In this document: one piece after another, positions 1-8,223 of the stretch
Layout: every line of letters starts with the position of its first letter
Position numbering within the stretch: the stretch's first letter is position 1
Assembly: GCA_030641715.1 (NCBI GenBank)
Contig: DAOWGX010000010.1
Span: 1,819-33,818, forward strand
DNA from: Nanobdellota archaeon
GTDB lineage: Archaea; Nanobdellota; Nanobdellia; Pacearchaeales; GW2011-AR1
Direction of reading: 5' to 3'
Length of the DNA: 32,000 nt
The notes under the pieces: generated by a model
The model's input: only the letters and a program-made list of their open reading frames with translations
The model's database searches: none
Told to the model about the DNA's origin: nothing
Made by a program: the position numbers and the translations under genes

Positions 1-2
1 AA

Positions 3-1253
3 TTGGCCTTTGAAGTAAAAAAGAAATTAGTAGGAGGAGCAATTCCTGATGAAGATTTAAAAACGCTCTTAAAAAACGCTTATGTAGAGTCGAAATTTAA
101 CTCACAAAATTTAAACACAGTTCCGGTTCAAGAAATAGAAAAAGATCTTTTCATACAAAATCTTTCTCTTGGTCCAACAGCAGCATTTAAGGATATGGCA
201 CTACAATCATTAGGACAAGAGATGAATTATGAATTAAGTAAGCGAAACGAAAAATTAATAATTCTCGGAGCAACTTCTGGAGATACAGGATCATCCGCCG
301 AGGCTGCAGTTAAAGGATTAGGAAAGATTACATTATTTATGCTGAGTCCAAAAACAGGAATGAGCGACTTTCAAAAAGCTCAAATGGGTTCGCTGTCAGG
401 TGGAAACATTTTTAACATCAGCGTCAACGGAAGATTTGATGATTGTCAAGATTTAGTAAAAAAATTAAAGCAAGATTCAGAATTTTCAAAATTAGGCGCA
501 GTAAATTCTATTAATTGGGGACGGATATCTTCACAAATCCCTTACTTTTTTTCAGGATATTTACAAGTTATAAAAAATATTGGAGATGAGATTGACTTTG
601 TAGTCCCTACGGGAAATTTCGGGAATATTCTCTCAGGATATATTGCAAAAAAGATGGGACTACCAATTAGAAAATTAATTATTGCAACAAACGAAAATAA
701 CGTCCTTGACAATCTAATTAAAACCGGAATTTATGAAATTACCCCTGCACAGATTACTTCAAGCCCCTCGATGGATATATCCAAGGCATCGAATTATGAA
801 AGATTATTATTCGACATTGTAGATAGAAACGCAGAAACTGTAATAAAATACATGGGAAAATTCAAAGAAACGGGTAAAGTAGACTTCAAAGATTTTGGAG
901 TTGATTTCAGCATATTTAGACAGAATGGGTTTTATAGCGATTCTTCAACTCATCAGGATAGGATAAACACAATAAAACAGTTATATAAAGAAACAGGAAA
1001 AATAATAGACCCGCACAGTGCAGATGCGCTAACAGTTGCAAAAAGATATAAAACTAACGACGGAATTCCAATGATATGTATGGAAACTGCTCTGCCAGTA
1101 AAATTTGAAGAAATCATAAAAGAAGCCTTAGGTTTTGCACCTGAAAGAGAAGAAAGATTTATTGGAATTGAAAAAAACATTAATCCAAACAATTTTTACG
1201 AAATTTCAAATAACGAAGATGAATTAAAAGAATATATAAGAAAAAACATATAG
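3..1253 (+). CDS. thrC: Threonine synthase, 5' end cut by window edge
   Basis: PLP-lysine region GPTAAFKDMALQ and the GATSGDTGSS loop. The ORF is open to the window start and the 'M' in the ORF track is a TTG. The motif lies about 50 aa closer to the N-terminus than I recall for full-length ThrC. Confidence 0.85.
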   Translation: MAFEVKKKLVGGAIPDEDLKTLLKNAYVESKFNSQNLNTVPVQEIEKDLFIQNLSLGPTAAFKDMALQSLGQEMNYELSKRNEKLIILGATSGDTGSSAEAAVKGLGKITLFMLSPKTGMSDFQKAQMGSLSGGNIFNISVNGRFDDCQDLVKKLKQDSEFSKLGAVNSINWGRISSQIPYFFSGYLQVIKNIGDEIDFVVPTGNFGNILSGYIAKKMGLPIRKLIIATNENNVLDNLIKTGIYEITPAQITSSPSMDISKASNYERLLFDIVDRNAETVIKYMGKFKETGKVDFKDFGVDFSIFRQNGFYSDSSTHQDRINTIKQLYKETGKIIDPHSADALTVAKRYKTNDGIPMICMETALPVKFEEIIKEALGFAPEREERFIGIEKNINPNNFYEISNNEDELKEYIRKNI

Positions 1254-1262
1254 ATCACAACA

Positions 1263-2150
1263 ATGCAAAGACTTTCATTCCACGAAGAAATCCGAAAAAA
1301 CAAAATTAACTCAGTTTTCTTAATTACAATTGTATTGATAGTTCTTTTATCTTTAATTTATACAGTCGGTTTCGTCCTAGGAGGAGACTACCTTTTCTTC
1401 ATAATAATATTCGGAACAATCTTTTCACTAGTCTATGTTGTAGGTGGATACTACAAATCCGCAGATTTAGCAATAGCTTCTGTAGGCGCAAAAAAAGCAA
1501 CTACATCAGAATACAGACAATACAACAACATCGTTGAAGGACTCTGCCTTGCCTCAGGACTTCCGAAACCAAAACTCTACATAATGCAAAACTCCCAAAT
1601 CAATGCATTCGCCTCAGGACGAGACCCCCAACACGCCGTAATCTGCGTAACAACAGGTGCCTTAGAAAAACTAACGAAACAAGAACTCGAAGGCGTCCTC
1701 TCGCACGAACTCTCGCACATCGCAAACTACGACATCAGATTCATGACGCTAACCGCAGTCCTCGTCGGAATGATAGCAATAATCTCCCAAATGTTCCTAA
1801 GAAATTTATTCTGGAGTTCAATGATGGGGGGAAGAAGCAACCGAAATAATAACAACGCAATCTTCATGATTATAGGAATCGCACTCGCAATCTTGGCACC
1901 CATAATCGTCGCGTTGGTTCAATTAGCTATTTCAAGAAAACGAGAATACGCCGCAGATTCTTCTGCTGTTAAATTTATGCGAACACCGACAGGATTAATC
2001 GGAGCATTAAAGAAAATTCAATCCAACACCCCTATGAAAGTTTCAGGAGCAGTAGCCCCTTTATTTTTGGCAAAACCGACGAAAGAAAGGGAGTGGTTTA
2101 TGACGCATCCTCCTTTGGGGAAGAGGATTTCGAGATTGGAGAGGATGTGA
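1263..2150 (+). CDS. htpX: HtpX-like M48 membrane zinc metalloprotease
   Basis: HELSHIANYD (HExxH) plus several hydrophobic segments. It starts 9 nt after the thrC stop with no TATA box between, so it is probably co-transcribed. Confidence 0.85.
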   Translation: MQRLSFHEEIRKNKINSVFLITIVLIVLLSLIYTVGFVLGGDYLFFIIIFGTIFSLVYVVGGYYKSADLAIASVGAKKATTSEYRQYNNIVEGLCLASGLPKPKLYIMQNSQINAFASGRDPQHAVICVTTGALEKLTKQELEGVLSHELSHIANYDIRFMTLTAVLVGMIAIISQMFLRNLFWSSMMGGRSNRNNNNAIFMIIGIALAILAPIIVALVQLAISRKREYAADSSAVKFMRTPTGLIGALKKIQSNTPMKVSGAVAPLFLAKPTKEREWFMTHPPLGKRISRLERM

Positions 2151-2271
2151 GTTTAACACAACAATATTCTAACTTCCTCTAAAAAACTTATTATAAGATA
2201 ATAAAAAATTCCATTTAATAAAAGTTTATATCTAATTCAGAATTCGGGTTAAAAAACAGAAACCAAAAGAT

Positions 2272-2571
2272 TTATTCTTCTGGTGAAGAGAATATTCCAA
2301 TTATATATTTCTTTTGTATTGCAGATGCTTCAAATTTTCTTATTGGTACTGGAGCTACTCCAAACTGTTCATATCTCCCCTCAAGATGGTACCTAATTGA
2401 ATCCAGTTTTAAGAAATTAGTATTTTCTGGTTGTATAGCTGATACAACCGCAATAACTTCTAATGAAGTAGGGGCAGCAGTCCTATCTATCGAAAGCTCT
2501 GTAGCATACTGACCATTTAATAAAAGATCTACCTTCTTACCATAAAAATCCTTTAATACACTATCATCCAT
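2272..2571 (-). CDS. Hypothetical protein (99 aa)
   Basis: Clean ORF with an ATG start about 28 nt downstream of the TTTATAAA box at 2596-2603. No recognisable motif. Confidence 0.5.
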   Translation of the reverse strand: MDDSVLKDFYGKKVDLLLNGQYATELSIDRTAAPTSLEVIAVVSAIQPENTNFLKLDSIRYHLEGRYEQFGVAPVPIRKFEASAIQKKYIIGIFSSPEE

Positions 2572-2595
2572 TATAAACTAAAAACTAAAAAATAC

Positions 2596-2603
2596 TTTAT
2601 AAA
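2596..2603 (-). promoter_or_regulatory. TATA box (TTTATAAA) for the 99-aa gene
   Basis: Box centre is about 28 nt upstream of ATG 2571. On the minus strand it is preceded by the purine-rich AAAGA. Confidence 0.5.
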
Positions 2604-2656
2604 TCTTTTGGTTAATTTACCACTTTAAAGTTAATATAACTGTTCAACAACATACC

Positions 2657-3568
2657 CTACTTTTTCCCCAACTTCACAAAATTATAAGCCGTCCTCGTAG
2701 CTAAAACCCCATCCGCAGCGGCAGTTATTGTCTGCTTAAACGGATTATTCGTCCCATCTCCAGCTGCGAACAAACCTTCAACAGAAGTTCTGCCTTCCTT
2801 ATCAACTTTAATATAACCATTCTCTAATTCAACTCCAAGCCCATCAAAAATTACAGTTAATGGCACAGAACCAACTTCAATAAAAACTCCATCTACATCA
2901 ACCAGCTTAGCCCCATCCAAGGACTCCAACTTTAAACCATTAACATTCTTATCACCTACAATCTCAAGAGGTTTAGAATTATAGATAATCTCAATATTTT
3001 TCATAGCCTCGATCTTTTCCAAATTTATCGGTTCACACCTCATCTTCTCTTTCCGATAACTGATATAAACTTTCTCACAAATACTCGCAAGATAAATCGC
3101 GGCCTTAGCTGCTGAATCAGAACCTCCAATAACAGCCACAATTTTACCTCTAAAAAAATTCCCATCACAAGTTGCACAATATGAAACTCCTTTTCCTAAA
3201 AATTTACCTTCTCCAGGAATGCCTAACTTCCTACGCTCCGACCCAAGACCACTTATAACAGAACTACCAACAAATTTCTTATCACCTACACTAACACAGA
3301 ATCCCTCCTCGACTTTCTCCAACTTATCGATACTTCCAATCTCAAAAACAGCCCCGAATGTCTTCACTTGCTCCTCAAACTTCTTCATTAAATCAATCCC
3401 CGAACCTGTAAATCCTGGATAATTCTCAAACTCTCCAGCAAGATTCGTAGTCCCACCAATCTCCTTCCCAATAATCAAAGTTTTCATACCATAACGCCCA
3501 GCATAAATTGCAGCAGACATTCCAGCAGGACCAGCCCCCAAGATCAACAAATCGTAAATTTCTACCAT
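2657..3568 (-). CDS. trxB: Thioredoxin-disulfide reductase
   Basis: GAGPAGMSAA FAD site, CATCDG redox-active dithiol and GGSDSAAKAA NADPH site. The start is moved from the GTG at 3583 (ORF track) to the first ATG at 3568, which lies 26-27 nt from the TATA box at 3591-3598. Confidence 0.9.
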   Translation of the reverse strand: MVEIYDLLILGAGPAGMSAAIYAGRYGMKTLIIGKEIGGTTNLAGEFENYPGFTGSGIDLMKKFEEQVKTFGAVFEIGSIDKLEKVEEGFCVSVGDKKFVGSSVISGLGSERRKLGIPGEGKFLGKGVSYCATCDGNFFRGKIVAVIGGSDSAAKAAIYLASICEKVYISYRKEKMRCEPINLEKIEAMKNIEIIYNSKPLEIVGDKNVNGLKLESLDGAKLVDVDGVFIEVGSVPLTVIFDGLGVELENGYIKVDKEGRTSVEGLFAAGDGTNNPFKQTITAAADGVLATRTAYNFVKLGKK

Positions 3569-3587
3569 AATAACTTTTAACACTAGA

Positions 3588-3617
3588 CCTTTTTATATCT
3601 TTCAGAATGAACTAAAA
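3588..3617. repeat. Promoter-like direct repeat, copy 1 (CCTTTTTATATCTTTCAGAA..AACTAAAA)
   Basis: Near-identical to 3665-3694, with T5 here versus T6 there. This copy contains the trxB TATA box. Confidence 0.7.
3591..3598 (-). promoter_or_regulatory. TATA box (ATATAAAA on minus strand) for trxB
   Basis: Box centre is about 26.5 nt upstream of ATG 3568. Confidence 0.5.
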
Positions 3618-3664
3618 TAGTTTCTTTTGGTTCCAGGGAGCTTTTCTTTTCTAAAGAAAAGGAG

Positions 3665-3694
3665 CCTTTTTTATATCTTTCAGAAAAAACTAAA
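3665..3694. repeat. Promoter-like direct repeat, copy 2
   Basis: Duplicate of 3588-3617. The two copies are separated by a 9-bp hairpin, CTTTTCTTT-TCT-AAAGAAAAG, at 3641-3661. Confidence 0.7.
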
Positions 3695-3710
3695 TCACCA
3701 ACCAACAACA

Positions 3711-3718
3711 TTTAAATA
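3711..3718 (+). promoter_or_regulatory. TATA box (TTTAAATA) for tyrS
   Basis: Box centre is about 25.5 nt upstream of ATG 3740. Confidence 0.5.
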
Positions 3719-3739
3719 ACTCAGTTCCCAATCCAATAT

Positions 3740-4687
3740 ATGGGCCCAAAAAAGAAGTTAGAACTGATAAAAAGGAACACCGCAGAGGTTTTAAGAGAAG
3801 AAAAATTAAAATCCTCTTTTGGAAAAAAACAACCAATAGTTTATTGTGGATACGAACCTTCTGGAGATTTGCACATAGGCCACTATGTAACTATTCTAAA
3901 ACTAAAAGATTTCGAGGACGCTGGATTCAAAGTTAAAATATTACTGGCAGATTGGCACGCCTTATTAAACAAAAAAGGTGACTGGATTTTCATCAATGAA
4001 CAAGTAGAAAATTGGAAAAAAGCTTTCAAGAAAATTGGACTAAAGAACCCTGAAGTAATTGTCGGAACCAGCTTTCAAAAAAAGCCAGAGTATATCGAAG
4101 ATGTTTTCTCACTTGCCGCAAACTCGACCCTAAATCGAGGAATAAGATCAATGCAAAGTGTAGCTAGAGATATAGACCATGCAAAAGTATCTCAAATTAT
4201 TTACCCTTTTATGCAAGTAGCTGACATGAAAGCATTAAATGTAGACGCCGTCGTTTCCGGAACTGAACAGCGAAAGATTCACATGATTGCCGTCGAAAGT
4301 CTAAAAGACATAAACTATGAAGTCCCCTCATTCGTCCACACTTCATTAATCCCTTCACTCAAGGGTGCCAACGCTGGAAAGATGTCTTCTTCAGACAAGG
4401 GAAGCCTAATCTCTATCAAAGATAGTTCCGAAGAAATAAAGAAGAAAATTTCTAAAGCTTATTGTCCTGAAGGAAAGGAAAACCCTGTTTTAGATATAAC
4501 AAAAATTTTAATCTTCCCAGTATTTGAAAAATTGGAAATCTCTCGTCCTGAAAAATTCGGAGGGGATATAATTTACAATTCTTATAAAGATTTAGAAAAA
4601 GACTTCTTAGATAAAAAACTTCATCCGATGGATTTGAAGAAAGTTATCGGAGAAAAATTATCTGAAATGTTTGAAAAGATTAGATAA
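3740..4687 (+). CDS. tyrS: Tyrosyl-tRNA synthetase, short archaeal type
   Basis: HIGHY (HIGH) and KMSSS signature motifs. At 315 aa it lacks a bacterial-type C-terminal S4-like domain. Confidence 0.9.
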   Translation: MGPKKKLELIKRNTAEVLREEKLKSSFGKKQPIVYCGYEPSGDLHIGHYVTILKLKDFEDAGFKVKILLADWHALLNKKGDWIFINEQVENWKKAFKKIGLKNPEVIVGTSFQKKPEYIEDVFSLAANSTLNRGIRSMQSVARDIDHAKVSQIIYPFMQVADMKALNVDAVVSGTEQRKIHMIAVESLKDINYEVPSFVHTSLIPSLKGANAGKMSSSDKGSLISIKDSSEEIKKKISKAYCPEGKENPVLDITKILIFPVFEKLEISRPEKFGGDIIYNSYKDLEKDFLDKKLHPMDLKKVIGEKLSEMFEKIR

Positions 4688-4723
4688 TCTTCCGTCAACA
4701 AAACTTTTATTCTCATAAAATAA

Positions 4724-5131
4724 CTAATCTAAATCTCTTAATCTATATTCTAATTGCTCTTTAGTTTCTGGATTCAAATGCAATACTCGATGAACTAAAC
4801 CCTCATAACATTTTATTGCAGCCTCAGCAACCCTGCTATCTGGATAATTATAACCAACTATCTCCAACCCCTGAAGCAGATGACTCAAATAATGGACATT
4901 GCAAAATTCAATATCTCTTTTAAGTTCCTCAATAGAAGGCAAACCCTCATCTTTCATATAAGAACTTGAAGCATCAGCATCATTTTGAGTTATCCTCCTC
5001 ATCCACTTATTTATCCTTTTAAAATTGGGAGAATAAGAATTGTCAGGTCCTCTTAATGAAGATAAAACAGCACTTTGTTGTTTCCAAGATAATTCACACA
5101 TCCAATCTAGTAATACTTTTCCCTTGCTCAT
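4724..5131 (-). CDS. Hypothetical protein (135 aa) translationally coupled to the upstream CYTH-like gene
   Basis: The first ATG at 5131 overlaps the upstream TGA as ATGA (plus strand TCAT at 5128-5131). The ORF-track start at 5161 is a TTG. I recognise no family. Confidence 0.6.
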   Translation of the reverse strand: MSKGKVLLDWMCELSWKQQSAVLSSLRGPDNSYSPNFKRINKWMRRITQNDADASSSYMKDEGLPSIEELKRDIEFCNVHYLSHLLQGLEIVGYNYPDSRVAEAAIKCYEGLVHRVLHLNPETKEQLEYRLRDLD

Positions 5132-5931
5132 TTTGATTTTCGAATATTTCGTACTAACCAATCAAATTTTGTTAATTCAGAAGATTTTCCACTGTAACCT
5201 CTTGGGAGACCCCGCAACATCCCACCAACTAATTTAATCAATTCACCGTCTACTTTCCTTATCGAAGAAAACCCATTTATCTGCCCATAATATTCGGCTT
5301 CTAACTGACACAGCTGATTTGGATTTTTTTCAATACTACAAATATTTGTAGCAACTACAAAAATTCTTCCAGATGTCGGATTAAAAACAAAGGCTTCTTT
5401 ACTTTGTTTCAAAAAAGAACCTATGTACTCTAAAGGATAATCGCGTTGTCTTCCAATTTCTGAAATATATTTATTGACTTCAATCGCAGATAGATTTTCT
5501 AAATTTTTTTCATCTCTTTTTAATACTATAATATTTCCTTTTCTAATTCGTTGCGTTTCCCCTTTTACCTTTATCTTTACTCTACCTTCTCTTTCTATCT
5601 TAGTAAATGCGTGTCTTAAATTTCCATTTCGTCCATTTACAAAAGCATAACAACTATGGTTTGCCTTAGAACTTTCTAAAATTCTATCTCTCGAATATGG
5701 CTCTGGAAATTTTAAATATTCTCCAAGTGTCAAGATAACCCTATCTTTAGACCTTCCTATAAACCATTTTGAATATGATACATCTATTTTTGATTCTAAC
5801 TCCGTATTTTCTAAACCCTCCCGGTTATATCCAACATCATTACAAAGACACGAAACAAGACTATCTTTTTCTGACATTTCCTCTTTTGTCAATTCTTTAG
5901 GTTCTCTTGAGTAAGTATCGCCATATCCCAT
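5128..5931 (-). CDS. Hypothetical protein, possible CYTH/triphosphate-tunnel-metalloenzyme-like fold
   Basis: ELESK (ExExK-like) at aa 44-48. Strands with alternating charges include RVKIKVKGE and RIRKGN, and there is a C-terminal QLEAEYYG (ExE). The family assignment rests on motifs only. Confidence 0.6.
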   Translation of the reverse strand: MGYGDTYSREPKELTKEEMSEKDSLVSCLCNDVGYNREGLENTELESKIDVSYSKWFIGRSKDRVILTLGEYLKFPEPYSRDRILESSKANHSCYAFVNGRNGNLRHAFTKIEREGRVKIKVKGETQRIRKGNIIVLKRDEKNLENLSAIEVNKYISEIGRQRDYPLEYIGSFLKQSKEAFVFNPTSGRIFVVATNICSIEKNPNQLCQLEAEYYGQINGFSSIRKVDGELIKLVGGMLRGLPRGYSGKSSELTKFDWLVRNIRKSK

Positions 5932-5954
5932 AAATTTTAAAATTAAAAGCCAAT

Positions 5955-5962
5955 ATTTAAAT
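5955..5962. promoter_or_regulatory. Palindromic TATA box (ATTTAAAT) shared by divergent genes
   Basis: Box centre is 27.5 nt from ATG 5931 (minus strand) and 28.5 nt from ATG 5987 (plus strand). The intergenic region is 55 nt. Confidence 0.5.
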
Positions 5963-5986
5963 AATTCCTCGAATTACATTGAGCAG

Positions 5987-6697
5987 ATGAAATACACTGG
6001 AAGTTTGGTAAAAAAGGAAAGAGAACAAATATTCAAACTATTCTTAAAAAGTTTTAAGTTAAAATTTAATGAAATAGAAAAAGAAACTGGAATTCGTTCT
6101 AACATGGTTTCATATCATCTTGAAATAATGCAAAAAGAGGGTCTGCTTGAAAAAAGAAAGGGATACTATCTGCTGACAAAAAATGCAGAAAGATACATGC
6201 CTATTTTTTCAAATTTAATCGGAAAAGAATTAAGTGCTTTGCCAGTTATTTTAATTGCATTGATAAACAAAAATAAGATTCTTCTGATGAAAAGAATTCG
6301 AAGACCCTACAAAAATTATTGGTCCCTTATTGGCGGAAAGATGTTGCTAGAAGAAGATTTTGAAACTGCAAGTTTAAGGCTGGTTAAAGAAAAAACAAAC
6401 TTAGACTGCGAATATGCTAGTCTTAACTCGGTGTTACATGAAAGAGTTCAGGAAAATAAAATAGTAAAACATAGCTTTATTCTTTTCTTCACAAAAATAA
6501 TTACCAAAAATAAAAATTTTATAGAATCTCCTTATGGAGAATTAAAGTGGTTTAATCTAAAAGATATTAATAAAAAAATAATCCCTTCTGATTTGTGGCT
6601 AATTAAAAATAAAATAAACTCAAAAATAAATGTCGATGAAGCAACAATGTTAGAAAAAGAAGGAAAATTATCTAGGTTCAAAATTAAAAATAACTAG
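5987..6697 (+). CDS. Winged-helix (ArsR-like) DNA-binding domain fused to a Nudix-fold domain with a degenerate Nudix box
   Basis: The N-terminal region FNEIEKETGIRSNMVSYHLEIMQKEGLL looks like a wHTH. The Nudix box region GGKMLLEEDFETASLRLVKEKTNL has REUxEE replaced by RLVKEK. Confidence 0.7.
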   Translation: MKYTGSLVKKEREQIFKLFLKSFKLKFNEIEKETGIRSNMVSYHLEIMQKEGLLEKRKGYYLLTKNAERYMPIFSNLIGKELSALPVILIALINKNKILLMKRIRRPYKNYWSLIGGKMLLEEDFETASLRLVKEKTNLDCEYASLNSVLHERVQENKIVKHSFILFFTKIITKNKNFIESPYGELKWFNLKDINKKIIPSDLWLIKNKINSKINVDEATMLEKEGKLSRFKIKNN

Positions 6698-6875
6698 AGG
6701 ATAATAAACGAGATTTTACTTAATTTTAGTCCCCGAAAACTATATAAACTTCTAGCCCTTATTTAAATTATGCAAACGCAAAGAGGAATGTATACCCTGA
6801 ATTCTTGTACAACCTTAGCGTGGGCTCATCCAGTTTCTATCAAATTCTTGTAATCTCGCGACATAAACTTTTCAA

Positions 6876-7364
6876 ATGAAACCGAAAATATATGTCGCTA
6901 TAAAGACATTTAACTCTAAAAAAACGGCGTGCCCCAACCAATCTGGAGAATATATCTGTGAGGATAGGGTCTGCCCCAACCTATTAAATATAAATTGTGA
7001 GGGTATTCACAAAGATTGTTTATCCTGTGGAAAAAATATTGAACACCCTCTTTGTCCTGATTGTATCGCAAAAGGTTTCCAACAGTGGATCCAACAATTC
7101 CCCCAAGACAGAGCAAAACTCCAAATAAGATTAGATGAATTCCTAGAAGCACATAGATACCTCGACGGTAAATCTAAAAAATGTATTGCATGCGGAAAAA
7201 ATAACACTCATATCTGCCCATACTGCTTTACAGAATACCTATATAAGATAATTAAAGAGGCTGGTTTAGGGGTTCGAACAATGTCAGAATTTCTATTCAT
7301 CTTCAACTTTGACTTCGATCATCAAGGCTATTCAAAAGAATTAGAAGTCTATGGAGGATACTAA
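6876..7364 (+). CDS. Cysteine-rich zinc-ribbon protein (162 aa)
   Basis: Two CxxC-x7-CxxC motifs (CLSCGKNIEHPLCPDC and CIACGKNNTHICPYC) plus N-terminal CPN..C repeats that coincide with repeat copies A and B. Confidence 0.6.
   Translation: MKPKIYVAIKTFNSKKTACPNQSGEYICEDRVCPNLLNINCEGIHKDCLSCGKNIEHPLCPDCIAKGFQQWIQQFPQDRAKLQIRLDEFLEAHRYLDGKSKKCIACGKNNTHICPYCFTEYLYKIIKEAGLGVRTMSEFLFIFNFDFDHQGYSKELEVYGGY
6931..6963 (+). repeat. Bipartite repeat copy A (GCCCCAACC-N17-TGTGAGG)
   Basis: Inside the zinc-ribbon ORF. The G of GCCCC is at codon position 2. It shares TGCCCCAACCAAT and ATCTGTGAGG with copy C. Confidence 0.75.
6973..7003 (+). repeat. Bipartite repeat copy B (GCCCCAACC-N14-TGTGAGGG)
   Basis: Lies 42 nt after copy A in the same frame. 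It shares GGGTCTGCCCCAACC with copy C, and CTGCCCCAACCTATT and TGTGAGGGTA with copies D and E. Confidence 0.75.
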
Positions 7365-7395
7365 AACTTAAAACCTCCCATCTCTTAGAAATTTT

Positions 7396-8223
7396 ATGAA
7401 GAAGGCACTTGTGTTATACTCCGGAGGATTAGATTCTCGTCTAGTCATACACATGTTACAAAAACAAGGTTACACTATTGAAGCATTATATTTCAAACTA
7501 CCTTTCGAGAGCAAACACAAAAATTCTAAAAAAATGAATAATCTAAAATTAACAGTTATAGACATGACAAAGGAACCATTACTTTCTGAATACCTAAAAA
7601 TCCTAAAAAAACCTAAATTCGGAACAGGTGCAGGGATTAACCCTTGTATTGATTGCAAAATCTTTATGTTCAAAAAAGCAAAAGAGTACGCTGACAAACA
7701 TAACTATGATATAATTGCAACAGGGGAAGTTCCGGGACAACGGCCAATGTCTCAAACAAGTTCTGCACAGAAAAAGATAGATGAGGAGATTAAATTTAAG
7801 ATAATAAGACCATTAGCAGATGTGGGATTCTCAGGACGTTCCAGGAAAAAACAGATGGACTTAGCTGAAAAATATAAAATCAAATATCCAAGTCCTGCTG
7901 GAGGCTGCTTTCTTTGCGAAAAAGAACCCTCTACAAGACTAAAGACACTATTAAAAAAAGATTTAATCAACGAGAAAACACTAACCCTAACAATGATTGG
8001 TAGACATTTTTTTATTGACAATACTTGGTTTATCGTTGCAAGAAACGAAATAGAATCTCAGATAATAACAGAATTCAAAACATCAATCAAAGATGCTAAA
8101 GGTAAACCTTCAGTTTATTATAATAAAACAAAAGGAAAACAGAAAGCTTTAGAACTCCAAGAGGCTTACTCAACAGGATCAACTAAAGAAGAAAGATATA
8201 AATTTGAGGAGGTAAAATTATGA
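7396..8223 (+). CDS. PP-loop ATP pyrophosphatase, ThiI/MnmA-like tRNA thiolation enzyme without a THUMP domain
   Basis: LYSGGLDS PP-loop, and NPCIDCKIFMFKKAKEYADKHNYDIIATGEVPGQRPMSQ, which resembles the ThiI CxxC...TGE..GQ..SQ segment. Confidence 0.7.
   Translation: MKKALVLYSGGLDSRLVIHMLQKQGYTIEALYFKLPFESKHKNSKKMNNLKLTVIDMTKEPLLSEYLKILKKPKFGTGAGINPCIDCKIFMFKKAKEYADKHNYDIIATGEVPGQRPMSQTSSAQKKIDEEIKFKIIRPLADVGFSGRSRKKQMDLAEKYKIKYPSPAGGCFLCEKEPSTRLKTLLKKDLINEKTLTLTMIGRHFFIDNTWFIVARNEIESQIITEFKTSIKDAKGKPSVYYNKTKGKQKALELQEAYSTGSTKEERYKFEEVKL
8208..8213 (+). promoter_or_regulatory. Shine-Dalgarno-like GGAGGT
   Basis: Lies 6 nt upstream of ATG 8220, which overlaps the upstream TGA as ATGA (8220-8223). 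Confidence 0.5.
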
